From the NCBI GenBank assembly GCA_964016885.1, contig OZ024753.1:44764001-44828000 (forward strand): a stretch of 64,000 bases of DNA, in the 5' to 3' direction. Positions 41,411 through 64,000 of the stretch are shown in pieces (position 1 is the first letter of the stretch; each line of letters begins with the position of its first letter). Source of the stretch: Eledone cirrhosa (lineage: Eukaryota). The position numbers and the translations under genes are program-made. The notes beneath the pieces were generated by a model. It did not search any database. It saw nothing but the letters and a program-made list of their open reading frames with translations, and was not told the origin of the DNA.

Positions 41411-42444
41411 TATGATCAACTAAATATCTTTAACATGGTACCCCAGAATGGCCAAAGTCTGACTGAAGAGAACATTAGGTTTAGGCATGCAACCAGAAAA
41501 CTCAAAAATGTAACAAAATAGAAACCAATACTGGCAAAATAACATGGTGCCCCAGCATGACCAAAGTCTAATGGACTGAAACAGAACATTGCTCTATATA
41601 GGAGCTAACCTGTTTCATTATTGTCCCTTTTATTATCTGCTAGAAGGAAGTCTGTTGTGGTATTTATGATGTAAAACTATATTGAATTAATAACACCTTC
41701 TCGTCAGTAAATATTAGTTGAGTTGCCATCATATGATGTGGAAGTGTCTTCTTATTGATTGACATAGCTTCTCTATCCAATAATATATGCAATTCCCTTC
41801 ATATTGATAGTTCTCTTATAACTAAAGTACTTTTGACATTTGCAATCCCAGGAGAAATTATAGGCTGCGTAATTGAAATCTTTAAAATTTCATAGGGTTG
41901 CGATTTTTCCAATTATAATGTCGGCCAATGATATTCAGCTTTCTGGTTCATTATATTATATATATTTTCAGACGACGTTTAATATATTTTCATAAATATT
42001 TGTGCTTCTAAAATTGCATGTTTACTAAATAAATATTTAAAACAAAACAAAACAAGAAAATAAACCATGAATTGAAACAACAAACAAAATAGAAAAAAAA
42101 GATTGGAAATAGAAAATAGAGTTGTCTCTAGTTGTGTTGTCCGAATAATCTCAGTTATTTCATGATTTGCAATTCTCTCTCTCTCTTTCTCAATATATAT
42201 ATATATATATATCATCATCATCCTCATCATCGTTTAATGTCCATCTTCCATGCTAGCATGGGTCAGAGGGTTTTGTTCCATTTGATGTGGGTACTTTAGT
42301 TTCGTTGGGTTATACATGCCACTCATGGGGTGTATAACCCAACAGAACTTAAGTACCTGTTATATGTCACTGTTGTAACTAATTATACTTAACTCGTCCT
42401 ATAGACTGAGTGCTGTTACCCTTGGATATGTCTACCAAACTTAT

Positions 42445-42520
<76 letters not shown>

Positions 42521-42532
42521 ACATTTTTTTCC

Positions 42533-42702
42533 AATTCCAACCTGCCCGTCCCCTCAATCTATCTTATTTCTCATTCTTTCTTCTGATGAAGGACTAGCGG
42601 CCAAAATGTTAAGACCCTCTTCCTGCTATTTCAAGCGTTAACCTAATATATCCCTTCCATATACTGTACCAATTGTGTTGTTATTTCTGTTTACCTTTTA
42701 CA
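42533..42702 (+). mobile_element. Penelope-like pLTR fragment, hammerhead core with mutated GAAA
   Basis: TCTT-CTGATGA(42583)-AGGACTAGCGGCC-AAAA-TGTT-AAGA; reverse complement of 8290-8455; TA-flanked. Confidence 0.65.
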
Positions 42703-42705
42703 TAC

Positions 42706-42746
<41 letters not shown>

Positions 42747-43214
42747 TATATATAGATATATAGATATATATATAAGCCACCTAAACTTAACAACATGACA
42801 GGACTCCTATCATTAAAATATTGAGATATAACCATCTAAAAAGCCAGCTAAACTAGATGTGAGCATTCTACTTGACTCAGTAAGCAAATGAAGTCTGGGA
42901 TCTTGTTGATTGTCTAGTTATGTAATCCATTTATTAATTTATTCAATCAATTTCTTATCTTTGAGACCATTAATGTTCAGTTATATTGATTACGAAATAA
43001 CCAATATTGCTGATACATCAAATACCATAATTATCAACATGTGTTTGCAGTGTCGCCATTTGAAATGAGTATTTTTAAGTTCAGTAAAAATTCCTGAAAA
43101 TGTATATTCTTGTATAATATAGTCCCCCGCTTTTTTGCCCTTAATTTTATTTCAATATTTCTCATATTATACATGAGTTAATATAGTGTTTTATACACAA
43201 GTATATACAATAGT

Positions 43215-43376
43215 TTAACACTTTAGCATTTAAACAGACTATATCCAGCCAGAATTCTCTCAAGTTTTCAAAATAAATGATATCAATCTCTCATAGATTC
43301 GATATTATGTGAGATAAAGCCTTTTCTGTGAAAATATGATAGTATATATAGAATAATGTAAATGGTAAAGGGTTAA
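43215..43376 (+). mobile_element. piggyBac-type MITE P1 (short)
   Basis: TTAA|CACTTTAGCATTTAAAC ... GTAAAGGG|TTAA. Confidence 0.75.
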
Positions 43377-44019
43377 ACCAAGAATCATCTGGTCATGACA
43401 CACATCAGAAACAAATATATCTACATTTGAATTACACTAAAAATAGAAATTACATAATGTGTAGCAAGTACCAGTAATGTACTGGAGTAGATTTAAGTGA
43501 CTTTTCTCCCCTTCCTTTCTCTTCAAATTGCTGACCTTGTGTCAAATATAGAAACAATTACATCAAAGACACATCAATTTAGCCATTCAGAAACACAAAA
43601 TAAATCTGTCAACTTCACTTTAAATCTATCATTTATTTCTTGGTTGTAAAATTTCCAGTGGAACTGTTTCAGTTACCAAACCACAGAACATTGTAATGAA
43701 AATTTTGATACCAACAAATATATGATAAATATAAAAGTGAAGTAAATATTTTTAGTTTTTTCAATACACCGTCTGAGGTCAAGTGAGATCAACTTACTTG
43801 CTAGACATGTACAATTCCACAAAAACACTAAACAAAACAACATCTAGTTATTTCTATATTTCCCAGCTGAATATTATCTCTGTGAAAGTGAAGTGTAAAT
43901 AGATTAACACCTTTATTTACTATCTACAGTCTTTGAAAAATATGTGTTTGTAACACAGCCTCAATTTTCATGTCAACTCAGGCTGACATTTTTTTTTGTT
44001 TTCTCTAAAATAATAACTC

Positions 44020-44330
44020 TTCTTCGCCTCCTTCTTCTTCTTCGCCTTCTTCTTCGCCTTCGCCTTCTTCCTCTTCTAGACCAGCCAAGTTCATTGATGT
44101 TATCCAACCATCTTGCTCAGGGTCTACCCCTGGGTCCCCTGCCAGCTGATTTTGCTCATAAAATCTCTTCACGGCTTCTTTCCTGAGATATTCTAACCAC
44201 ATGCCCATAATATTGGAGCTGTGATCTCTCAATTCCGAGCAGTAGTGGCTCTACCTGGAGTGACTTACTGATCTCCAAGCTACACACTCTGTCAAGTAAT
44301 GTTACTCCAAAGACCCTGTTTAAATTCCAT
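44020..44330 (-). mobile_element. Degraded RTE LINE 3' end (second family, (GAA)n tail)
   Basis: Minus translation LQVEPLLLGIERSQLQYYGHVVR...GRGPRGRP*ARWLDNI followed by a (GAA)-rich tail. Confidence 0.75.
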
Positions 44331-46129
44331 TAACTGAGTCATCATGTTATCAGGGTATGTCTTCTACAGACCCTGTTCTAGTTTCTCGTCACCCATTATC
44401 TTATGGTTCTATATATAATGTGGGAAGGTATTAACATAGTGGTTAGAGAGTTGAATTCACAGACATGAAGTTGTGAGTTCGATTCTGGACTGGGTGGTGT
44501 GTTATATCTTTAAACAAGACTCTTCATTTTACATTGCTCCTACTGCCAGGAGTTGTGACTGGTAGATAGTATCAGCAATTGGAAAGACCAATGGAAACAT
44601 TGCTTCCTCAGTCCGATTTGACGAGTTCCACCTCACTAGGTAACTAAATGAAGCGTGGGGGTCTAGTTTAGATTCAGATCATATAATATATAATGTATCT
44701 CATTATATTCAATACCATTAGTAACAGACAGTCTTGGAGTTAATAAAAGAAGCAACAAATATTTCATTCTCCCATCTTACAGTAGTAACTCTTCAATTTT
44801 TCTGGTGTTCCTGATTTGATAAATTAGTTTTCCTAATCTATGAACTTCACCTTAGCAGATTTACACAGTCACAATTTTCAACTTTATGGCTATTCCGTTT
44901 TCCTTTTCCTCATCAATAGATTTTACGAGTAAGTAGATTTATATTACGTAATTAATTTAATTGTTTTATTAGCAAATTAATTTGATTACTTTGTTCCATT
45001 ACTCTATTTCCGTTACAATAAATATCACTCAACCAATTCAATATTTTCAATTTCAATTTTCTTATAAACACTTTTTTTAACTTTGTGTTAAAATCAAACA
45101 ACTTTACACTGCAATAAAACAAACCAAATCCTAAACCTATCAGACAGATGCTAGGAAATGGTTTGATAGAGATGTATCTATATTATAGAAGAGGATATAT
45201 AGCTTAGTGGTTAGTGAAATCACAATCATAAGGTTGTGGGTTCGATTCCTTGACTGAATGGTGTATTATGTTCTTGGCCCACACAGTTCATTTCATGCTT
45301 ATCTTCATGATAACCCTGGGACACATGTCATTAAAATATTTGAGAAATCTTCCATGAGATACAACCCCAAAGGAGGCCAGCTAAATCTTCATTAGTGAGA
45401 GATGTAACAACATGCATATTTATTTATGATAGGACTGGGACTCCTATTATCAAAACATCATAGAAATCTCCGATGAGAGGCAACCTCTTAGAAGTCCATC
45501 TAAACCTGCATAGATGTGAGCTTAACAAAACATATATATATATATATGTGTATATATGATAAGAGTGGGGTCTATATTATTAAAAGACCCTAGAAACCTC
45601 CTGTGAGATGCATTCTCGTGGAGACCAGCTAAATCTGCATTAGTGTAAAATGTAACAACATACATATATGTGATAGGATTAGAGATTATTACACACTCTA
45701 TTATACACTATATATACTATATACTATTATACATTATTATATACTAATATACACTATATATATATACACTATTATACATACGCAGTATGTATAATAAGCT
45801 GATTGTGCCTTCAGGGCTTAGGGTATAAGAGTTACTTCCCATGACATTTAGTACATTTAAGGTTTTTTTTGTACGAGAAATAAAAGTTGTCTCCCTTACA
45901 TCTAAGTTTGATATTTTTGATCCTCTCTTTCTCTCGTTTTCTCTCTCTGTTTTGCTCTTTCTAGTCTTTTTTTTAAGCCTGACAGTTACATCTTGGGCCA
46001 TATTGGTTTTCGGATATTCCAGGTCATTCTGACACTTCAATCTTTCATCCCTCTACAACCCCAGCCATATTAAACCATTACCAAAATCTATTTACACTCT
46101 GCCTGAATATCTGTGACACTGTCGTCTGT

Positions 46130-46697
46130 TTGTGTCTCTCTGTCAGTCTGTCTCTCTCTCTGTCAGTCTGTCAGTCTGTCTCTCTGTCAGTCTGTCTCTC
46201 TGTCAGTCTGTCTCTCTGTCACTCTGTCTCTCTGTCACTCTGTCTCTCTGTCACTCTGTCTCTCTGTCAGTCTGTCTCTCTGTCACTCTGTCACTCTGTC
46301 TCTCTGTCACTCTGTCTCTCTGTCAGTCTGTCACTCTGTCTCTCTGTCACTCTGTCACTCTGTCTCTCTGTCACTCTGTCTCTCTGTCACTCTGTCTCTC
46401 TGTCAGTCTGTCACTCTGTCTCTCTGTCACTCTGTCTCTCTGTCAGTCTGTCACTCTGTCTCTCTGTCACTCTGTCACTCTGTCTCTCTGTCACTCTGTC
46501 TCTCTGTCACTCTGTCTCTCTGTCACTCTGTCACTCTGTCTCTCTGTCACTCTGTCACTCTGTCTCTCTGTCTCTCTGTCACTCTGTCAGTCTGTCACTC
46601 TGTCACTCTGTCACTCTGTCACTCTGTCTCTCTGTCACTCTGTCTCTCTGTCACTCTGTCTCTCTGTCTCTCTGTCACTCTGTCACTCTGTCAGTCT
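46130..46697. repeat. (TCTG/TCAC/TCTC)n compound tetranucleotide repeat
   Basis: Visible. Confidence 0.95.
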
Positions 46698-47174
46698 GTA
46701 TGTACACACTCTTATTTCAATCTAAATAATATACTTCAAAGTAAACAAAACTCCAGTGAAAGAATCTTTAGCCGATTTAAATTTGAATACTAAGTAAATA
46801 CTAAGTATATAAAAATTGTAAATTTTTTTTATCGGAGTATATTGTTCTTCTCTGTTTAAAACTTTTGAAAAAAATTTAACTCAAATTATTGTAAATCAGA
46901 AGTAAATTTTTCAAGATTTTATTCTTATATATTAAATTGAAGTAATTGTAAGTGTTAGATGGAATGTAAACAATGAAACCATTTTTTATATATACAAAAG
47001 ACCACACAGACACACATCTCGGTCTATTTTCTGATGAAGGGCTAGCATCTGAGACCTTAAGACTTTTCCTATTACATTAAGCATGAAACTCATATATATC
47101 TTCATTTTACTTCATCGTCTGTTGTGTTTTTTCAGTTTATTATTTGCACACACACTCACATATATATATATATA

Positions 47175-47340
47175 TAAATAGGAAAAGCGTCAGGACCCCT
47201 ATGGCTGAGCTCTGGCCGTTTCGACAACTAGATCCGAACACGGGGTCCTAACTCTTTTCCTATTACCCACTCTGCTACCCTAAGTATTAAATACTCTGGT
47301 GCGTTATGGTCCACCTGGTATCTTCCCACACCCTATTTGT
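47175..47340. mobile_element. TA-flanked repeat with internal inversion and half hammerhead; related copies at 53255-53388 (opposite orientation) and 13915-13990
   Basis: Shared TACCCACTCT.CTACCCTAAGTAT...CTCTGGTGC.TTATGGTCC; minus strand GAAA-CGGC..GAGCTCA-GCC.TA forms a stem III-like hairpin. Confidence 0.55.
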
Positions 47341-47393
47341 TATATATATAAATATATCACTTTAACAGTTGCAAGATATACATATATTACATT

Positions 47394-48403
47394 TTAACCC
47401 TTTAATGTTCAAACCGGCCAGAATTCTCTACCTTTTTCTGTTGAAACTGGCTGTAACTGGCCACTCATACTGATGTTAAGGTATTGTTCTCAAAATAAAT
47501 ACTTTCAAAATCTTATAGATTCGATATTATGTGAGATAATTATGCGAGGTAAAGCTTTTACCATGAAAATATAATAGTATATATAGAGTAATGTAAATGT
47601 TATGTGAGATATTATGTGAGGTAAAGCCTTTACTGTGAAAATACAATAGTATATATAGAGTAATGTAAATGTTATGTGAGATATTATGTGAGGTAAAGCC
47701 TTTACTGTGAAAATATAATAGTATATATAGAGTAATGTAAATGCTATGTGAGATATTATGTGAGGTAAACCCTTTACTGTGAAAATACAATAGTATATAT
47801 AGAGTAATGTAAATGTTATGTGAGATATTATGTGAGGTAAAGCCTTTACCATGAAAATATAATAGTATATATGGAGTAATGTAAATGTTATGTGAGATAT
47901 TATGTGAGGTAAACCCTTTACTGTGAAAATACAATAGTATATATAGAGTAATGTAAATGTTATGTGAGATATTATGTGAGGTAAAGCCTTTACTGTGAAA
48001 ATACAATAGTATATATAGAGTAATGTAAATGTTATGTGAGATATTATGTGAGGTAAAGCCTTTACTGTGAAAATACAATAGTATATATAGAGTAATGTAA
48101 ATGTTATGTGAGATATTATGTGAGGTAAAGCCTTTACTGTGAAAATACAATAGTATATATAGAGTAATGTAAATGTTATGTGAGATATTATGTGAGGTAA
48201 AGCCTTTACTGTGAAAATACAATAGTATATATAGAGTAATGTAAATGTTATGTGAGATATTATGTGAGGTAAAGCCTTTACTGTGAAAATACAATAGTAT
48301 ATATAGAGTAATGTAAATGTTATGTGAGATATTATGTGAGGTAAAGCCTTTACTGTGAAAATACAATAGTATATATAGAGTAATGTAAATGCTAAAGGGT
48401 TAA
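47394..48403 (+). mobile_element. piggyBac-type MITE P1 with an internal 72-bp unit amplified about 12x
   Basis: TTAA|CCCTTTAATG ... AAATGCTAAAGGG|TTAA; 72-bp tandem array (24-codon period) at about 47530-48390. Confidence 0.88.
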
Positions 48404-49117
48404 ATGCAGCACCAACAAATATTTTAATTCTATTTTTGCCTGTTAAAGCAGAAGTTAATCAGGTCCATGAAATGTATCCTCATCATAAGAGAAGCAATGT
48501 TTTATAATCAGATACCCCTCATGGTGTCAACAAACCATAATGATACAATGTGTATATTTTAAACTGAACACATACAGAAAGTGTAGTATTTTAAAATGTA
48601 ATAATTAAGTTGTAAGTATGAGACAAGTATAGAAGAGATCGATATGAAATACAAACACACACAAATGAACTGAAATCTTTTCTCAAAAAAAATAATAATA
48701 ATAATTTTAAAAGCTTCATATGTCTGGTAAATGAACCTCATAGCTTTAACTATGTCATATGATTTAAAATTGTGATTATCATCTTAAGTAGCATCGTCGT
48801 TACTAATTAGTGAAAAAATAATCAATTACAAACGAAAATAATCAATTTCACCTGACAAAACATTTTAGAATTGTTGTAAAACATTTTAAATGTTTGCGAA
48901 GAAGAAAAAGTCTAAATTATTTTTGAGATCTTTTAAATTATTATTATTCATAATTTTCAACAGATAAAGACTTAAACGGTTTAGGCCTCTAAAAGACCGT
49001 GAAGATTTAATACTATTTCAGAGAAATCAACTTTTAAAGTAATTTTTCAAAATTTACTTCAGCAAAATAATTTCATAGAATTTTTGAAAAGTACAATAAT
49101 TATTTTACTATGTACCA

Positions 49118-49368
49118 TATTTCCTTGTGTATAAGACAACTTGCGTGTGTTTGTATAGGAAGTTATATTGTAGCAATATAGATATAATTATATTAAATAT
49201 TTCCTTGTATATAAGACAACTTGTGTGTGTTTGTATTGGAAGTTATATTGTAACAATATCGATATAATTATTAAAATATTTCCTTGTGTATAACATGACT
49301 TGCGTGTGTGTGTTTGTGTTTGAAATTATATTGTAATGATCGAGATAAAATTATTCAAATATTTCCTT
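49118..49368. repeat. About 80-bp tandem repeat x3 abutting the splice acceptor of the LicD exon
   Basis: ATATTTCCTTGT.TATAA recurs at about 49118, 49197 and 49276; a fourth start ATATTTCCTT runs into TCAG at 49372. Confidence 0.8.
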
Positions 49369-49386
49369 TCAGGTTAATCTGACAAT

Positions 49387-50073
49387 ATGCGTAAGATCTT
49401 CATAAAAATCAGAAATACTTTATTTTGGGTTCTGTTTGTCTCCAGCTGTATTTCTGTCTATAGATATTGGGCCATAATTAAAACCCTGCGTCCTTTCCAT
49501 GTTTGCTTCACGAGTTCCGAGAGCTTGAATAACACGCGATTTATGATACATAGTTTTAATAAAGTCATGAATGACTATAATATAACACATTGGATTGAAG
49601 GGGGAACTTTGCTGGGTTCTCACAGATACAGAGATATTATACCATGGGATCATGATGCTGACTTTGGTTATTTACTGGCAGATAAAACTAAAGTTGTAAA
49701 TTTGGTTGTTCCAATTATGAAAACAAAATATAATATTTATATCGACCCACTCGAACCAAAAGAAATGAAATACAAGGGATTAATTGTTGACCTTTACATT
49801 TTTAAACCCAGTGATACAAATTCTGGCATGTTGACTCGTGCCAAACACATACAACCTCAACTTGTAGAAAATTATTTTGACATTGCAAAAGATCTGATTC
49901 TACCGACTGTAAAGTGTAAGTTGGCTGGTCAACTAGTTAACTGCCCATTTCATTCTGAGAAGGTACTAAAATGGCGGTTCCAACATACTCTTAACATGAC
50001 ATTTCCTTATAAACTACAGTGCTGGTTACCTTGGAATTTAATACATGTTTACCAGATAAAATCTAAAACCTAA
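49387..50073 (+). CDS. LicD/fukutin/FKRP-family nucleotidyltransferase-fold phosphotransferase, type II membrane protein, 228 aa
   Basis: WIEGGTLLGSHRYRDIIPWDHDADFG matches the LicD GTLLG...IPWDxDxD motif, with a later VDLY. Basic N-tail plus hydrophobic anchor. Acceptor TTTCCTTTCAG at 49372, upstream in-frame TAA at 49375, AATAAA at 50126. Confidence 0.88.
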   Translation: MRKIFIKIRNTLFWVLFVSSCISVYRYWAIIKTLRPFHVCFTSSESLNNTRFMIHSFNKVMNDYNITHWIEGGTLLGSHRYRDIIPWDHDADFGYLLADKTKVVNLVVPIMKTKYNIYIDPLEPKEMKYKGLIVDLYIFKPSDTNSGMLTRAKHIQPQLVENYFDIAKDLILPTVKCKLAGQLVNCPFHSEKVLKWRFQHTLNMTFPYKLQCWLPWNLIHVYQIKSKT

Positions 50074-50589
50074 TATTTTTATTTTTTACTATTTTAGCAT
50101 TGTTTTCTAACCATTAAATCTAACTAATAAAACTATATTTCTATTGGTCTTTCCTTTCGATTCCACTTACAGAAAACTCTATTTTCTTTAAGATTTCAGT
50201 GGATTTGAAGTCCTTATTAAGGCCTTATTTTTCATGTCTTGATATTATCCATCTTGGGAACATATGTGATTCCATTATAAAGACAAGTAAGGGAAAAATG
50301 GGTACTAAATGGGCTAACATTTATCTATTTCTTTTATTTATATGAATTCAATGGTTATTATGGAAGTGTGAACAGTATGAAGTCAAGATATATATTGGTG
50401 ATTGATTTAATTGATTTTCCTCATCCCACATTAAAACTGTATATATATGTTAAGGCCAGCAGATGTGACAATAATGTGGTTTAAATTCAACTTATTTTCT
50501 AAAGAGATGAATAATATTTCTCAAGATGTTACAATTTCACAGCTTGTGTGTTCAACATGTAAATTTAATTGGATAATTCAGATGCAGTT

Positions 50590-51030
50590 TAACCCTTTTG
50601 ATTTTTCCTGAAACCTCTCCTACTTTTAAGATATAAAACTGCTTCCTTTGAAGTATTTATATTTATCTAAAAACATTCTATTGTAAATTTATGTAAGAGT
50701 CTTTGTTAAGTTATGTTCAAAACACAAACTTAATAGTGAGAAAGTTATATTGCTAAAACTCTTCAAATTCTTAGTTTGAAAATTATTTAAACATTACTGA
50801 CAGTGTCTTTCATTAGAAATATGGTAACGAAAGGGTTAAAAACAGGTAGGGTCTTTCATTAGAAATATGGTAATGCGAGGGTTAATGACATAGGCAGTGT
50901 CTTTCATTAGATATATGGTAATGAAAGGGTTAATGACATAGACAGTGTCTTTCATTAGAAATACAGTAATGAGAGGATTAAAGACATGGGCAGTGTCTTT
51001 CATTCAAAATATGGTAATGGAAGGGTTAAC
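50590..51030. mobile_element. piggyBac-type MITE P2 followed by about 5 tandem copies of its 48-bp end
   Basis: TTAA|CCCTTT at about 50590; repeated ...GAAAGGG|TTAA units at 50799-51030. Confidence 0.65.
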
Positions 51031-51092
51031 GGTTTTGTTCTTCCATGTTTTTATTCCAATCCAGAGTGACAAAAGGGAATGTTTTTTTTTCC

Positions 51093-61517
<10,425 letters not shown>

Positions 61518-62644
61518 TTTCTGCTTATCAGTCTATAGTATGAAAATATAACATTTCAAATAATTATTAATATATTCCCCAGAGAATGAAGTATGCTAAG
61601 ACCAGACATAAGCAACATGAGTGTTGAGGAATCAAAGCAGTTTCAATTTTCAGTTGAGGGTATACTATTTCATTTATACATTTATAAAAAAAAAAAACTC
61701 CTTATAAATGTGAGTCTTTGTGACAAAATATATGTATTGTATTTCTTTATATATAAAATCACTTGAGTATAATACTTCTGTTTCTGAAGCTTAATAAATG
61801 AGAATAAATCACATCCTTGTGTATAATATACAACAACCAGATAACCAAGGTATCGCCATGTTTATGTAAAGTTTGATAACCTATCTATCAAAATCTCAAT
61901 ATCACCACAATATTTAGTTTCTCGTGATATTAAGGAATATAAAACAACAGAATTTTTACCATTTTGTGTAAACAATTATTATCAACATTTGTTAACAATC
62001 TTATTCAGTATTTTGTTGTAGAATCAAGCTTATATTCTTCTTCCATTTCAAAACATGTTTTTGAATGCTGGAGAAGTCTGTTAACTTAACATAATATATT
62101 TCTAGTTATATTCTATAAATTATAATATATTTCTATTTATTTACTATATATCATTTACCAGTTTTGTAAACACCTCAGCCAGATCTATTCAATTCGGGAT
62201 TATTAAATAAATAAAATAAATAAAATAAATAAATCACTTACCACTAGTTTTTCAGATTAGTTTCTCATTTGGAAAAAAAAAGATGTTTAAAAATATTAGC
62301 TTGTGGTTGTCGTATTAATAACACCTGATTTGAAGTAGAAAAATTCTCTAATTCCAATTCTCTAATTCTCTAATAGTGTTCAGAATAACTGTGAAATTTA
62401 GGAAAGATTTGCTCTGTTTATGAGAAATTTCGAAATAAGAATGACAAGTTTTATCTTAATTCATGTTTTATGTAAGAACTTCCTGATACTTCATCCGTAA
62501 AATGACTTCACAACTCCACTGACCACTATGTCAATGTGTATATATATATATGTATACATATATATATATACAAACATACACATACATATGTATACATATA
62601 CACATATATATATGTATACACGCACTTAGACACACACTTAGACA

Positions 62645-62729
<85 letters not shown>

Positions 62730-62910
62730 GTGTGTGTGTGTCCAGCAAAAAGAAAACAACTGGTTCTCATTTTCAAAAAGGTATTAACAACCAAGTCCAT
62801 CTCTCTCTCTCCCTCTCTCACACACACATTTATAATTGTCAGAAGTAATGAAACGCTGTTTGTCACTTGAATCAAAGAATATATATATATATATATCATT
62901 TTTCATTTTC

Positions 62911-62949
<39 letters not shown>

Positions 62950-63123
62950 TATAGAGAGAGAAGTAAATATATTCATACCTATATATACACAATACTGTAT
63001 GTATTCAATACCATGGCAGTTTTGAAAAGAGGGCATTACTCAGCCACCATCATATTTATTAGTGCAAACGACCTGTTTCTGTAGACATTAAAAATAGTGA
63101 ACATCTATATATATTTAATAAAA

Positions 63124-63162
<39 letters not shown>

Positions 63163-63227
63163 TCACTATTTTTGATGTATACAAAAACAGGACGTTTGCA
63201 CTAATAAATGTGTCACACACATATATG

Positions 63228-63271
<44 letters not shown>

Positions 63272-63289
63272 TATATATATACACATATA

Positions 63290-63331
<42 letters not shown>

Positions 63332-63742
63332 CATACACATATATATATATATATACACATCACATATATATATATATATTCCCAATATAGATAAGGAAAT
63401 AACTTGAGACAAACTTTGGAATAAAACCTGCTCCAGAAACTTTGGAAAAGTGACGAAAATATTGTTGCTTTCTAAATAAGACATAACTCACGCTTAAACA
63501 AGTATGGCAACTATTAAGACTCAGTCACCGAGAAATAAGAGAAGAAAGAAAGAAAGGAAGCATGAAGCAGAACATTGATAAAAAGATGTTAAAGAAACAA
63601 CAATATTTTCATGTTAATGATGTGATTGTTATCCAACCATGTAGAATCACATTATACAACTCTTGACTATATTAAGAGACTGACTATGGAGAAGTTGGTT
63701 GTTATTAATATACTAGCGTAAATATATATATATATATATATG

Positions 63743-63776
<34 letters not shown>

Positions 63777-63788
63777 TATATATATATA

Positions 63789-63837
<49 letters not shown>

Positions 63838-64000
63838 TTATAAATATATATATATATAATGTTTGTGTGTGTAGATAGCAAATTATATGTGTCTGTGTGT
63901 CACAGTTTGTGTGTATGTGTTTGTCTGTGTGAGTTTGTCTGTTTCTATGAGTTAGTGCGTGTGAATCTTTGGTGTATGTCTGTGTTTATCGTAGTTTTTG

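Noticed and set aside
47505-48366. 279-aa repetitive ORF on minus
   Set aside because: Product of the 72-bp MITE-internal array.
62242-62330. Possible upstream non-coding chitinase exon (donor GTAAGT on minus after 62242)
   Set aside because: Only a donor motif; its start and the promoter cannot be defined from sequence alone.

Overview
Eukaryotic, very AT-rich, microsatellite-saturated genomic DNA. Its repeat landscape (tRNA-derived SINEs, RTE LINEs with (GAT)n tails, TA/CA/GA tracts) looks like an octopod cephalopod; this species assignment is an inference. Most ORFs in the supplied track are microsatellite artefacts. Two host genes can be supported, both in the last 15 kb and arranged convergently about 1 kb apart. 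One is a LicD/fukutin-family phosphotransferase on + (49387-50073, one coding exon). The other is a secreted GH18 chitinase with a C-terminal CBM14 domain on - (10 coding exons, 61517-51093, 475 aa assembled by hand, intact DxxDxDxE). The rest is mobile DNA: RTE LINE fragments, two SINE superfamilies, TTAA piggyBac-type MITEs, hAT MITEs, a nested hAT/Merlin/SINE stack at 34.8-37.5 kb, and many transposon-derived minisatellites. The least expected signal is a set of several unrelated short elements, mostly embedded in (TA)n tracts. They carry hammerhead-ribozyme cores (CTGANGA...GAAA...NTH), often as inverted pairs, consistent with Penelope-like/retrozyme remnants. Coordinates were counted by hand and repeat boundaries are approximate.
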